From Nageia nagi (lineage: Eukaryota; Plantae; Pinophyta): DNA of 64,000 nucleotides. Within the stretch, counting starts at the first letter, position 1. Every line of letters starts with the position of its first letter. Positions 11,931-25,105 of the stretch are shown one piece after another. Location of the stretch: assembly GCA_050084985.1 (NCBI GenBank), contig JBITNC010000001.1:131502001-131566000 (forward strand), given 5' to 3'. The position numbers were made by a program, and so were the translations under genes. The notes under the pieces are model-generated. The model saw only the letters and a list, made by a program, of their open reading frames with translations. It searched no databases and was not told the origin of the DNA.

Positions 11931-14900
11931 TAGATTTTGATACTTAATTTATTTCCTTTCCTCTTTGATAGGAATACTAGAGCTCATTTTCTATTTCATA
12001 TTGTTAATCTTTGTGCATACTTCTTAGGTTCTCAATATATATTGGATTCATCGACTTGACTTGAGGTGAAGGGATACAATTATTTTCATTGGCCTTGATG
12101 TTGATGCATGCCATTAACTTCAAGTTTAAATACTATATTTAATCTTAAAGATTAATCTTTATCTTTTTCTATTATCATTTTTCTTCACACTCAAGAAAAT
12201 TGTGATCAAATGCGTTCAATAACCCTAGGGTTTTTAGTTGATAAAAATGATATAAAATGTGCAAGTTCAAAATATAATATTACCAAATCCTGATTAGGGT
12301 ATGGAATATGCAAAGATTCAAGTTTACTAATTATGTAGATATTTGAAATTAACCCTAATATAAATGATACTTTATAATATATATCTAATAAATAACAAAG
12401 AATAGTATTATGAAATGAACCTATGTAAAGATATGTAATACAAAATAAAATAAAGATAATTATATAAAGTATAACAAAATAAAGGACTTGTGTAATGATA
12501 TTTAGACTAATAGACTTAAGACCTAAGAGAAATATATTAGAGAGAATGTATATGTCACGTTATTTGGATGACCAAAATTACACACACAAATTTAAGCTTA
12601 TCACATTAGTAGAAAATTCAAATGTAACATTAGGAGGTGAATATAACAAGATAACCTAACTTAGATGCGAAACATAATATTAACACCACTCTCATTGTAT
12701 ACTAGTCCTTGCAACCAAGATCTATAGTAGTATAAAGAAGTGACAAGCTTATTTTAACATATAATAGAAAAAGAATGAATGGAAGAACTCATGTGAATGA
12801 TAAAATATCAATCTCAATAGGTGGTGTGGAAATGCATCTTAAGTTATAATATGTAGTGACTATCAAGATAAAGATATGATAGTATTATCATAAGAATACA
12901 TCATCTTTTTATAAGTAATATAACCATTAAAAGATCCACCTAGAAGACAATGTCACCATAATCCTTGTATAACAAAAGAGAAACAACATAATTAAGAATA
13001 CCACTTATGTCGTACAAAATAAAAATAATATAAGATATAATGTTAAAATAGTAATTATTATTAATTAAGCAATATGATAATTAATTTATTGTAAGAGGTA
13101 TCCAAATTAGGTTTCACCATTTGTATAGGTCTAAAAGATTATAGTAAATGTATCTAGGTTGTGTACTTTTATATAGGAATAACCCTTCAATGAACTATTG
13201 GGCCATAATCCCTTCAATAGACTTCATGCAAGATTGTACAAACCAAATATGTACGCAGTCTATATTATTTTTAGGTTAGAAGGTTTTTGATTTACTATAA
13301 TTATACTTACCCTTTACACTAAGATTGTATATATTATATATAATGGAGCTTATGATTTGAAGAAAATCAAAATATGAAAGTGTTTAAAGGAATTATGGAG
13401 TTTGAATTGATCTTGGTTTGGTTAGCTAGGATATTTTTAATATTTAGTCATGGTAAAATGTGATGAGCATTAGTGACTAATCATAATAAAGGGTTAGATA
13501 GTTAAATGTTCTCCTCACAGGAAAGGGTGACACATAATTCGATAATAAGTTCATGGTAAATGATAGATATGACTTTAAATTGTTGATAGTAATCATGTAG
13601 ATAAATTAATGGCTCCTATTAACCACTGGTCTTAATCCACAATAAAGTTCTAACTTAAAAAGAAAATTATGCTCAAAATTCAAGTTCATGGGTTCTAAGA
13701 ATCAATTTCGTACACAGAATTGGGGGCGAAGATACTTGCCAAAGGTGAAAATTAATTATTATTATTATTATTATTATTTTATTATCATATGTGATAATTT
13801 TATTCTCAATGAGGTTTTTAATAGTATTAATTAAATTAATGCATCTATATATGTTATATCCCTTGGTTCTTTGTACTAGTATGAAATACCTCTAATATTA
13901 ATAGGTTTTATTTTAGTGTAATCAATGAGTTTCTATTACCTGAATTAGTTCATGATTACCTTGATCCTGTCATCAAATTTTGTGACTTTATTTTCTCTCT
14001 TCAAATAATTGTAATGGTAATTCCTTATTGTGCATTAACCATACTATATGAAGTATTTTTCTCATTCTTAAGTTTCTCCCCATTTATTACTTTTATCTTA
14101 AAGGTGAATTCTTTGTTATATGAGGTTTCACTAAGTTTGTAAGTCAAATCTTTTACTTCTATTAAGATATTTTATTGGTACAATCTTCATGGCAATATTC
14201 ATCAAATGGATTACTTATGTACAAGATGACACAAATTTCTTTATAATTTGGTAAATAAACATAATTTTGCAATGATCAGTATCATTATAATAATATTGAA
14301 TTATATGATTAGTTCATTTCTAAATTATATGATAAATCAAATCAAGATTTGGTTATTTTTTATTTTATTGTATATAATTAATGGTCATTTTTTCAATAAT
14401 GTTGATTTTAAGATGATATAGAGAGAGGTTTATAAGTGAATGGAAGATGAAGATAAATTTTTTGGATAATTTGTAAAACTATTCAAGAGAACAAATTGAA
14501 ATGATCGCAAAGAATAGTTTAACTTGAAGTCTACCATCATGTAAAAGAGTACTACATAATTCATTAAATTATCGAATGTGGTGATTTAAAACATATTAAC
14601 TTGTAAAGATTCAAAATTTTGAATTTCAAAGAATTAAGGATGGCATAACTTAAGTGAGAATTCACAAGGGAGCAATAAATTTTTGTCACCCCTAACATCT
14701 TTAAGCTAATATGTGAGTTAACCCATTACTTAATTGTGTTCAATTTGCATATGTTGAAGCAAGTTTATCATCTTAGAGACTTCATGCTTCTACAATATAG
14801 AGACTTCATTGTTCTAAAATCAAGGATGAGAATTATAGGTGGAATAGAGATGATAGACAAAATAAGGAAATATTATATATGGAATAAAGATGATAGGTTA

Positions 14901-15569
14901 TTGACTAATAAGGCCAAGGACTTGAAGAGTCAAGGGATAATTAATATTGCAATGTTTTTGAAAAATATTGTAATATATTTTGGATAAGACAAAGTATAAC
15001 AAACTAAGGTATTCACATGGGATGGGTTAAGATATGGTTATGGGTTGATTCCAACATATAAAAATTAGGTATAAGTCCACTAAAAGGTGGCCATGGTTGA
15101 AAGGAAGATAAATTATAATCAATAAATCAACTAATAATAAGTGGAACTTTGAATGTTGAAGTCGAAACAATATACAAATTACTTTAAAAGATGAAGAGTA
15201 TTTTTCAAATAGAATATAATTCCTTCTTAACAACTAAAATGAAATGAGATATCTTCAAATAATAATTCTCATATTTATTTTCATTAAGTTTGATCTATAT
15301 TTACTCTTGAATCCTTTGATCATCATGATATTATTATCTTCTATTCTACTATAATTTAAATGATCATATTTGAAAATGAATGTTATTCTTTCTAAACGAA
15401 TGTAAGAGATAAAATTGAATATTATTATGTGTTAGTTCTCATGTTTATCTTTGTCTAGGTTTGTCTATATTTGATCTCGAGCCCTTCAAGTGATATCATA
15501 ATCTTCATGATAATTGAAAATGATTCCATGTAATAAATCGATATAGTATAAAAAAATATAAAGAAGAGA

Positions 15570-15914
15570 GACGATGTGGCTTACATTACCCAATCTTGAC
15601 ATGCAAGTAATGGGTTGTTTCAAGCCATCTTGTCACATGCGTTAAGCGTACAACAGTGTCCGAACACACGCCGCAGCTCAAATGCACCACGTCATCATCG
15701 AATCATGCTTCGCGTGAATTGGTTATTTCGATCTTAGCGAATTCCCCACTCCGCATAATTATGAGGAATGAATTTGAATATGCAAATCTGACTATTAGTT
15801 TGTATCTGCGATTCAACTTCGAGAAACGTAAAAAGGTTCTGAGTATATTTTGCATGATAATGGCAAGCTTTTGAGCCAAAGCATTTTTCTATCAGTTGGG
15901 TAAGTCGGCAACAC
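15570..15914 (+). promoter_or_regulatory. CpG-retaining promoter/5' region of the B3 gene
   Basis: Sharp local CpG enrichment (gcgttaagcgtac, ccgaacacacgccgc, tcgcgtg) against depleted flanks. CCACGTCA bZIP-type ACGT element near 15686-15693. Confidence 0.5.
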
Positions 15915-16094
15915 ATGGAGGAGAACAGAGATTATCAACAGCATAGCAGCAATGGAGGCATCAATACAACACTGTTGTTCAGAGCTTGCGAGAAATGTAG
16001 CACAGAATGCAGAGTGAAGTCTAGAAGGGGAGATAATACTTCTCATGTTCCATCGTTCTGCATATTTCTCCGTGCAGACTGTAGATCCAAATTG
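15915..16094 (+). CDS. B3-domain (REM-family) transcription factor, exon 1
   Basis: ATG, then 60 codons with CEKCSTEC and PSFCIFLRADCRSKL (B3 beta1 segment), then a phase-0 donor TTG|GTAATT and a U-rich intron. Confidence 0.75.
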
Positions 16095-18693
16095 GTAATT
16101 TTTTTCCTTCTTTTTTTCTCTCTTAATTGTTCTGTGAAATTCAGCCATGCAAGGCCATGCATCAAGTTTTTAGTTTTGGGATGGCTTGTTCGGCCCATTT
16201 GGGGATTAGTTCTGTTCTGTGATATAAAACTATTGTATTTATTTTTGTTGGGTTGCATGATTTTTCGTTGTGAATTTGATTTTTCATACATTAGTTATGG
16301 AGCTTGTGTAGAGCTGAATTTTCTCTGGGATAGAAGCAATTTGTGTTCTGGTGCTGGTTGGTTTATGCTTGATTGGGAGGTTTATGCTTCATTTGTGTTC
16401 TTTTTGCCTTTTTGATAGGTTTATATTAATTGATAGATATTGGATTTCAGTCACATTAGTCTCATGGTCTCAAGGAATTTTTAAAATCTGCCTTTTAATG
16501 CATGTCACTGACCACTGGAGGATAAATTTGACTAAAACCGACCTTTAAATGGAAATAGTTCATTGTATTCTGTAGTATAAGCACGATTAGTTAGTTGAAT
16601 AACAACTTTGGAAGGATGTCAGCATGGTCTAAATGACTAAATGACTGATAGTCAAGTTTAAACTGCTTCATTAGAGCTCCATACGGGATTGGTTGTACAG
16701 TTTTATATCTCTATACTTAATCCTTTGACTTCTGGCTTGATTTTTTTGGTTTGCAACTGGTTATATAGATTGAAGAAGCGATCACAATGAAAACCTTCAT
16801 CTCATCCTCATTGTGATACTGAAAGACATTCTTGCTTTTTATCAGCTACATGGTTTGCAGCCCATATTGGGGAGCATAACAACACTAATGATACTTGAAA
16901 AACATAAGCCAAACTTCTGACCCTTGTCAGAACTTTGCAGTATGTTGAAACTTGTTCAAATGTGAATATTTTGCATAGTTTAGTATACTGCGATTTTTCT
17001 TGTTCTTGAAGATTTGATATTTATCTTTGGTATCTTGTTCCAATACGGGATCTCCTAGCAACAGCTATGGGACTTGTTCTAAAGATAAACACATTTGCAG
17101 TAAGAAGTTGCCACAACGCGTTGTGATGTGAGGTACAACTTTTCTGTTATAAGAAGTGCATACGGAAGATATGAAATTTCTCATTTTAAATGGTATTTAC
17201 GACCTATGCCAATAAGGTAAACTCCCCTGCACCGTATATTAAGATACCCTTCACACTATTATATGCATTCATGTTGTCTGTTCTGGTTTCCAATGTTCAG
17301 TTGGTCTCTTCATATGTTATGCTATAGCCAGATGCACAACATTGTGGGCTTTAATCTATGTGGCAATTACGTCTGTGGCATAAAACAGTCATTCTCAATT
17401 AATTTCCAAGTCTATTTATTTTTCCTTGTTTGAGTGAACCTTAATGTGGACTTTCTTTATTTCGTCAGTTAAATTTCTCAACTTCAAAGAAGGATAAAAC
17501 TAGCATCACTGGGTTGAATATAGATGATATTGATTTCGTTTTTAAAATTGGTAAAATTCCTATCAAAATTAAGTGTCACAGGTTAATTATAATATTTAGA
17601 ATTACACCTGTTTCTCCTAAAAAAGGCAGTTCTAATGTGACACCTAATAATATGAATAGTTGTTTGGAATAGAGATTAGAATTAGAATGTGGAGGAAATA
17701 TTGGGTTCCTAGAGGAAGAAAGGAAGCCATAATCCCTGTAAATCACAATAATACATTAAGAGCCAACTTTCATAAGGATAACCAGATCATACAAACTCTA
17801 GCAACCTTTATTAATATCATCATAAGTCAAAGAAAAAGGTGAATATTTTCAAGAGCGTGGTATGGGCATTAATGAATGTGCTCCATATCGTAAGAAGGCT
17901 ACAAAAACTGGAAGTTGACTTTTGGAAAACAAAGTGCTTTGGCCAGCCTTAAGAAGGAGACGAAATGTTATGCAGAACAAAGTTCACATCATGGGGATGA
18001 GAATATTTTCTCCAAGTAAATTGCTTCAGGTCGTTATCAAGATTGGTTAATTTGCATATGCTAATTATACAATTTTATTTTCATGCTGAGAAAGAGGTAA
18101 ATTGTCTACAGGTCAAGGAAGATCAACATAGAGTCACTAAGACAGATGTATCCATGTTTTTGGGTTTTCAATAGGTGAATTTAAACTGTTATTCCTAGCT
18201 GGTTTATTGCAGGTCATGATTCCACCATCACCATGATTTCTCACAGCCTTCACATGATGGCTTGTTTCTTATTAAGTTTGATTTTTTTCATCAGGTCTTC
18301 CTGCACTTGTATTCTTTGCCCAACACATGCATATTTTATTTGCAGTTGGGAAGTGAAATGTTTTTTCCTGCAACATTGTTTGCTAATTGGTGGCCCTTGA
18401 ATCTCCACAGTAGAATGAATAATCTACCCAGGATTCTCATGCTGTCTCCTACTAATCTCTTGTTACAGTTGAGAGGAGAAAAACATTAGATTTGTCAATC
18501 TTCTTACTCTATTATCACTTGTTAGGTATTTATAAAATCTACTTTGATAAGAACTTAATTAGTAAAGGGAAGTGACAAAGCATTTGTGAATATCTGACAA
18601 GGTGTCTTCTTTATCTTACAGCAAAGGCTATTATGAAGATATCTCGTAATGTCTTATGACAGAAGCAACTCTAACGATCTCTTGTGTTATTCT

Positions 18694-18717
18694 TATATAT
18701 ATATATATATATATATA
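18694..18717. repeat. (TA)12 microsatellite in the B3 intron
   Basis: Read directly from the sequence. Confidence 0.9.
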
Positions 18718-21700
18718 ATGTTTCTGAAAAGTACTTCAACACTTGTTATAGAGTAATTCTGAAAAAGTACTTGAATACTTGTTATTTGAAAAATACTTCA
18801 ACTTTACCAGATTGCATATTTAGAAGTCTCAAGCCTTTGGATTTTGTTATTTTAAGTTGTATTTTTAAATTTAATTTTCTTTTAGAGAATATTAGAATTG
18901 TCATTTCTTTCCCCTTGACTATTATTTCATCTTTTATATAGACTAATGTTTCTTTTTTATTTATTATTTTTTTGAGTCGTATATTAATATCTGAAATATA
19001 TTTTTGAACACCCTTTTTTCGCTAGGCCAGGATGACTTTAAGACTTCCTACACTGTAAGATTTAATTGATGACTTTTAACATATCAAATATTAATTTTTA
19101 GATAGAGAGGAATATGTTTGAGTTTTAGATGCAACAATTTTTATATTGTAACAACATGAAGAAATGTTCTGTTGGTGTGCGCTAGTATTGGTCTTTTGTT
19201 ATATCAGCAATAGTATAATGTATTTGGTTATATTACATATATATTTTCTTTTAGATTTATCAGCCATAGAATGACATATATGAAATTCTTAAATATATCA
19301 AGAGTATGCATTTAGAACATTATATTTATATATGGAAGGTTCTGAAATTTGCAACAGAATTACAAGGGGAAAGCATGTGACCTATGATAAAATTTTACCT
19401 AGAGGTGGTAGGGACAAGCCTCTTGTTCTTAGAGCATGGAGTCTATTATGTAAAATGTAGAATCCCTTCCATTAACTTGGGATATAACTGCAATGAACAA
19501 ATGGGCTTCTATTAAGGGCTGGATCTGCAAGTAATATTTATAATTACAATAGATGTTCGACTTGCAGATTCATATCAACATCAGCCTAAACATCATCTCA
19601 TACATATGCATAAATCCTATAGAATAGGAAAGAAGAAACTAATGATAGAATCCAGTATATCATTCATGCCTTATGTTCCCTAAGGATTTTGGTTAGTTCT
19701 TTTTTAACCGGGAATTGCTATATCTTATGGACATGAGCATCCCTTGGTTGATCAATCATCTGCTTTCTTGTTGGCTTTCATTTCACATATTAACTTTTGT
19801 AAAGCTTCTCTCCAATCTCAAACTTCATATTCTCTATATCCTTTCAGATAACTATGAGCCCCCATATATCCATATAATCTAGTACACATTATTTTGAGGT
19901 CACAGCCAGATCAGAGACTTGCTCCTTTATAAGTACATTTTATACTTCCAATGGGCCCTTGTCGGAAATTTCAGTCATCCTCATTTACAATCAGTATCTT
20001 CTTATCTCAATGCTAGTGTTTAATTTTCACACTAGTTTTATGTGGTTTGTTTTAGTAGTAGACTTCCGTCTTCTTTTATATGCATCAATGTAACTTGTCT
20101 ACATGCATCCGTCCATGCATATTTTTACACTCAGCTCATGTCAGTTGTTATCTTTCTACTTTTTTCCCCATATCTGCATGAACTCTTTTATGTACTCTCA
20201 GTTGTATTTTGATGGCCCCAACATTTGTTTATGATGGTATACAGATGAGATTTACTACTTCAATTCCTGTAGATCTTTGCTGAGTATTTTTACTGTTAAC
20301 TATATTCCTATCTTCATTAATATCACCGATAGATGTACTGTAAAACACTGCTACAACTCTTTGTCAACTCAATTGCTCTATCCATGGCTTTTGGGTGATA
20401 GTTTCTTTGTGTCTACCCTTATCAGTTTCTGGCCCTTCATTGTTCTTGTTTCTTACTGCTACAGTTGACCAAGCGTAAAGAGTCATTTTGTTACCTCAAA
20501 TTTGTCTGTTTATTTTGTGCATTTGATCCCATGTTTAGAAATGCTATTATTCAAAATATTCAGTTTGACTGTCAACTCACTAAAATTTTCACTCTTTTCA
20601 TGTTTATGATGTACTAAATTATTTTTGTTTTTTGGCATCATCTTCTATAATTTGCTGCTTGTCCCAGAGTTCCCATGTTTTGCTTGAAATTTAGTTTTTC
20701 TTATGACATTGTATCTTCAATTGAGTTCCGTGATGTTTTAATCCTAAATCAGTATGTTCCAGTGATCACTTGCACTCCAACAGAGGGCCCAATTAAGTTT
20801 GACATGGTTGTTCTGTTTCCATTGTGCATAAATCTTGTTATTGCAGTATGCTGTGTGGCCTAAATTTTCTATTTAGAAATTTTGAGTTGGTACATCTCAA
20901 AATTCTATCTAGAAATTTTCTATTTAGAAATTTCTCCATTTTGACTCGGTCTAACTGTTCTGTATTTGTGAAGAAAAATACAATAACTGCTGATGCATTA
21001 GCAAATCATGATTTCATGCTTACCTCTTTACTTTGAATACCATGAAAGTCATCTAAGTTTTTCATGGTGGTTGGGACAAATAGAAAGTAAGAATAATTCA
21101 AGACTTCTAATGATTTTCATTGTTCAATGACTCAACCTATTCAAAAACTCTAGTATTAGAAATCCGATGTCAGTTCATGGCATGAATTTATTGTTCCTTG
21201 TGGTAATACCCCAAATATTAGGGTTGTGAGTTTGTAAGAAAGATCATGTGGTTGTTGCATATCAAAATATAAAAAGTTTCTTGTATGCTGTCCTGCAGTA
21301 GGGTTGCTGCAAAAGCAAGTAAACAAACTCAGCTATTCAATCTGAAATCCAGGAAAGTATTAAGCTATAAGAAAGGACAAGAATAGGAAAAAACAATGCT
21401 GAAATTTCAATATTGAAATTGATAAACCTAAAATGGTCTGCCAATATTAAATTGATATAGGTTTACATTGGGCCACATTGCAATATTAATACAATGGAAG
21501 AATATTAAGATGTTAACTATTGTCTGTACAAGCTGTTCTTTGAAAAAATAAGAAAATTTTTGTGAGCCAAACTGCACTTATTTGAGACTCCTTCGTGATA
21601 GATTGTCAAAATTTAACCAGCACAAACATCCTGAGATATTCTTATGCAAAGATGCCTTTTATATATTTGTTTAAAAAATTGAACTGTTCATAGTTAAAAT

Positions 21701-21815
21701 TTAACTTCCTGCCAATTGTAGAAAGTTTCACCCAAAGTGTTTATTGTTTTTCTTCTTAATTGGATTTATCATGCACATACATGCAACTGCCTGCTAGAAT
21801 TATTGGTATGTACGG

Positions 21816-21912
21816 TGTTTTGGCTTCATAAACGAAAACAGATGTGATTCGTAATTGGTTCACGCTGTTTTGGCTTAATAAACCAAAACATATGTGATTC
21901 ATAATTGGTTCA
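21816..21912. repeat. 50-bp tandem duplication in the B3 intron
   Basis: tgttttggctt.ataaac.aaaaca.atgtgattc.taattggttca starts at 21816 and at 21866. Confidence 0.85.
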
Positions 21913-22404
21913 GTTTATTCTCATGGTTGAATTTAGTGACCCAGCAGCATGTGATGGATTGCATAATGCTACATATATGGTACATGTTTTGTTTGTCCAA
22001 TAGAATGAATGGGAGTTACCTTCTTATAACAGAACTATAATTTTTTTCTTATAATTTAACATCATACTTTATAGAGTGTTCAACTTGCAATGACTACTTT
22101 ATTTCTTATTTTGTAAGTCAATAACTTCATATATGTATTAAAGATACCCTTATATAGATAATTATTTCACTGTAATTCTTACGCATCTGCTTTTAGCTCT
22201 CAGAAGGTGAGCTATCTTGTTTTAATCATGTGTTTTTATGAATGTAAGTTGGGGAGACAATATCTAATTATTGTATTTACATTAGATGATAGTTTCTAAA
22301 CTGATTGAAAGAGCTCTAATACAAGTTTTATAAAAAGGAATATGCTTTATGAGCAGGATGAATATTTTATTTTGTTTCTGTTTTTTTTTTTTTGCTTGTT
22401 ACAG

Positions 22405-22683
22405 AGAATTCCAAGAGAGTTTGTGGCACAATTGAAGGACAAACTTAGGGAAGACCTTATCTTGGAAGGTCCAAGTGGGCAGATTTGGATTGTAACCAGA
22501 GATTCAGAGATGAATTTGGTAAAGGGTTGGGACACATTTGTGTTTAATCACTCTGTTCAAAATGGCGAACTTCTGGTGTTTAACATGGTGCAACCCTCTT
22601 TTTTTAAAGTCCATATATATGGCAGAGAGGGGGGAGAACGACATGCACAGTTCAGGATTGATGTCAACCAAATGGACATCTAG
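22405..22683 (+). CDS. B3-domain (REM-family) transcription factor, exon 2
   Basis: Long poly-T tract and ACAG| acceptor, phase 0. RIPREFV...LILEGPSGQIWIV...KGWDTFVFNHSVQNGELLVF...FKVHIY is a typical REM B3 domain. TAG at 22681. Spliced product is 152 aa. Confidence 0.88.
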   Translation, partial: RIPREFVAQLKDKLREDLILEGPSGQIWIVTRDSEMNLVKGWDTFVFNHSVQNGELLVFNMVQPSFFKVHIYGREGGERHAQFRIDVNQMDI

Positions 22684-22874
22684 CATATTGTTTCAAATGT
22701 TATGAATTGAGGAATTTTTGTGATCAGATAAACCAGGGACCATAAAAGCTATATCAAAATAGTGTATTCGATAGTCCTGAGATTTGGAGATGCTCTAGTC
22801 TTTGACTCAGCGTTTTAAACTTCATTTGGATTTAAGGATTTTCTAATACTGTAGAAGATCTTTTTCACTTTTTT

Positions 22875-23630
22875 GGTGAATATCCATATATCTCATTTCA
22901 TGAAATTGAAATTTTGCAATATGATGTCTTCACATAGTTTTTTTTTATTGAAATTTTGCAATATGATGTCTTCATATTGCAATATGAGATTTTGCAATTT
23001 GACTTTAACATCCATGTGGACAGTCTTTCATAGACTTGAGTGCTATGTTTGACAGTTTTGATATTGCAATATGAGATTTTGCAATTTGACTTTAACATCC
23101 ATGTGGACAGTCTTTCATAGACTCGAGTGCTATGTTTGACAGTTTTGATTGCTACTTATTTATGTAAAAGCAGTGAGTAGGTTTTTTTATATAACTGAAC
23201 AAATACACAAGTTTTAAACGATGGGAACTTCATGTTGTGTGTGCATTAAACTGCTTTAAGGTCGAATTCAACTGCTTTAAGGTCGAATATCATTGCTATA
23301 TTTTTTGTGACTTTTTTATAGTGAATATCAATATTTTTCATCTATGAAATTGAAATTTTGCAATACGGTATCTTCACATTGCTCCTTTTTTAGTATATCA
23401 TTTGTGCAAGTATCATCTGAGTAAGCATCCGTATGGACGGTCTTTCATAGACTCACTCTTCTATTTGAGGGTTTTGATTGCTGCTTCTCTATGTTGCAAC
23501 TTATTTTTTTTATATAACTGATAATATTCGTAAGTTTTAACCATGTAAATTTCATGTAATGTCCCCTCTCCATGCTATTTAAGGTGCATTAAACTGGTCT
23601 AGGTGTATTAAACTGCTTTAAGGTCGAATT
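22875..23630. repeat. Nested tandem duplications just 3' of the B3 stop
   Basis: An 87-bp unit at 22974 and 23061 (1 mismatch seen) lies inside an older duplication, ~22875-23290 vs ~23320-23630. Confidence 0.85.
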
Positions 23631-24696
23631 CCTCTTAACAAGCCACTTCTGCCATGAGACTCTGTCCGTCTCATCTAATGTGTTCGTTTGGGATTTTAGT
23701 AAGAGTTATGGAAAACCTAGGTTTAAGGATGCTAAGCAGTGATTCATCTTCATTTAGATAACTCTTAGAAAAAGGGGCAGCTGTTAGTTCAGATATGTCA
23801 TGTAAGCAAGCTGAGTACTATTTATGCTTTGTTTTGTGCCTAGTCAAACTTCTATATTTTAGAGTTTTTTATCTGTTTTGGAATTACCCCATAGTTTCAC
23901 TGGAATGGATGAACTCTTACATTATTCCTCCTGATAGGTAATAGTTGCTAAAATATAGGTCTTCAAAAGCTTATTGCACTTGTCACCTTTGTAGATGCTT
24001 CTCACTTTGTGGCCAGGTACAGCAATGCATTTTTTTTTTAATCTTTTATTACTTCATACTTCGTAAATGCATCCTGCCTCTGCTGTTTTAAGCTATGTCT
24101 GTCAGTCATAATTGATAAGTCAATCTAGATTGGTATATTGAAACAACATAATATTTAATATTGATGAGTAGGTAATTTGTTAAAAACAATACATTTTTCA
24201 TGTTTTTTAATTTGTTAAAAACAACATATTTTTCATGCTTTGTTACCTTAACACCTTAGTTTGTGGGACGTAAGTTTCAAATAGTTTGTATACTATATAA
24301 CACTAATTATATCTTCATGTAAATTTATCCTATTGACTTACAAACTTTCAGATCAGATAATTGTAAATTTTGAAATTAAATGGCTTTAAATTTCTAATCA
24401 TCCAACCTACAAAACTATGATCAAATGACCTGCAAATTTACAATTGAACAAAATATTTAAATTTGCAACTATCCAACTCTGTTTATCAACATCTCCATTG
24501 ATATATTTCTCCATTTTCTCATAACAACAGTGACCTGAGGTTTGCCCTGGACTTCAAATTATGTGTCTTAACTGAGTGGACTCCTTTCTAAAACAGTTGA
24601 ATCTATCCAGGAAAAAAAATCTCCTAAGTTTTAGGTACCTTAAATAAAGGTTAAAATATCAAATTCTGTTTACGGTTTACAATTGTATTATTTTGA

Positions 24697-24769
24697 CGAC
24701 TCCGCTAGGGGTTTAACACAGAACCTCCGGTACCATAGACCGGCGCCTTATCCATTGGGCCACGGAGTC
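24697..24769 (-). pseudogene. tRNA-Arg(ACG)-derived gene with anticodon ATG; probable tRNA pseudogene
   Basis: 73 nt: GACTCCGTGGCCCAATGGATAAGGCGCCGGTCTATGGTACCGGAGGTTCTGTGTTAAACCCCTAGCGGAGTCG. Perfect 7-bp acceptor and 5-bp anticodon stems and an intact A-box. The T-loop reads TTAAACC instead of TTCGATC and the T-stem has a mismatch. Confidence 0.85.
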
Positions 24770-24904
24770 CTCTGATTGGATTTCTTTGAAATTGATTTGT
24801 CTAGTTATAAATTTATTGATTTGAATAAATGGCTTAAAAATTGAAGTAAAGATAACATCGCTGATTGGTTTCATTTTAAAATGATTTTAAAAAGTAGCGA
24901 TACA

Positions 24905-25105
24905 TTATTTATTTATTTTTGAAGAAAAAAGGTTATTTAATTAAGTAAAAGTTTTTACAATAAAAAGTGGTTGGTGGACAAAATGACACCCCTAGAAATT
25001 ATGAGATATATTATTTATTTTTTGATAAAAAAGGTTATTTAATTAATTAAAAGCTTTACAATCAAAAAGTGGTTGGTGGATAAAATGACATCCTTCGAAA
25101 TTACA
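24905..25105. repeat. ~100-bp tandem duplication at the LINE 3' end
   Basis: aaaaaaggttatttaattaa...aaaaagtggttggtgga.aaaatgaca...gaaatta occurs twice. Confidence 0.8.

Noticed and set aside
12553-12580. Possible PBS for the 10785-11930 element
   Set aside because: Too eroded to assign to any tRNA.
15915-16415. 166-aa single-exon membrane protein
   Set aside because: The hydrophobic tail is read-through into a U-rich intron after the GT donor at 16095. The overlapping antisense ORFs (15734-16291) are shadows.
22342-22404. ATG at 22342 as the start of the B3 gene
   Set aside because: The first 21 codons are the polypyrimidine tract and acceptor. The B3 beta1 strand is supplied by the upstream exon.
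24697-24769. Functional tRNA-His(ATG), or merely an Arg PBS
   Set aside because: The body is Arg-type with G73 and a broken T-loop. The whole 73-nt cloverleaf is present, so it is more than a PBS.
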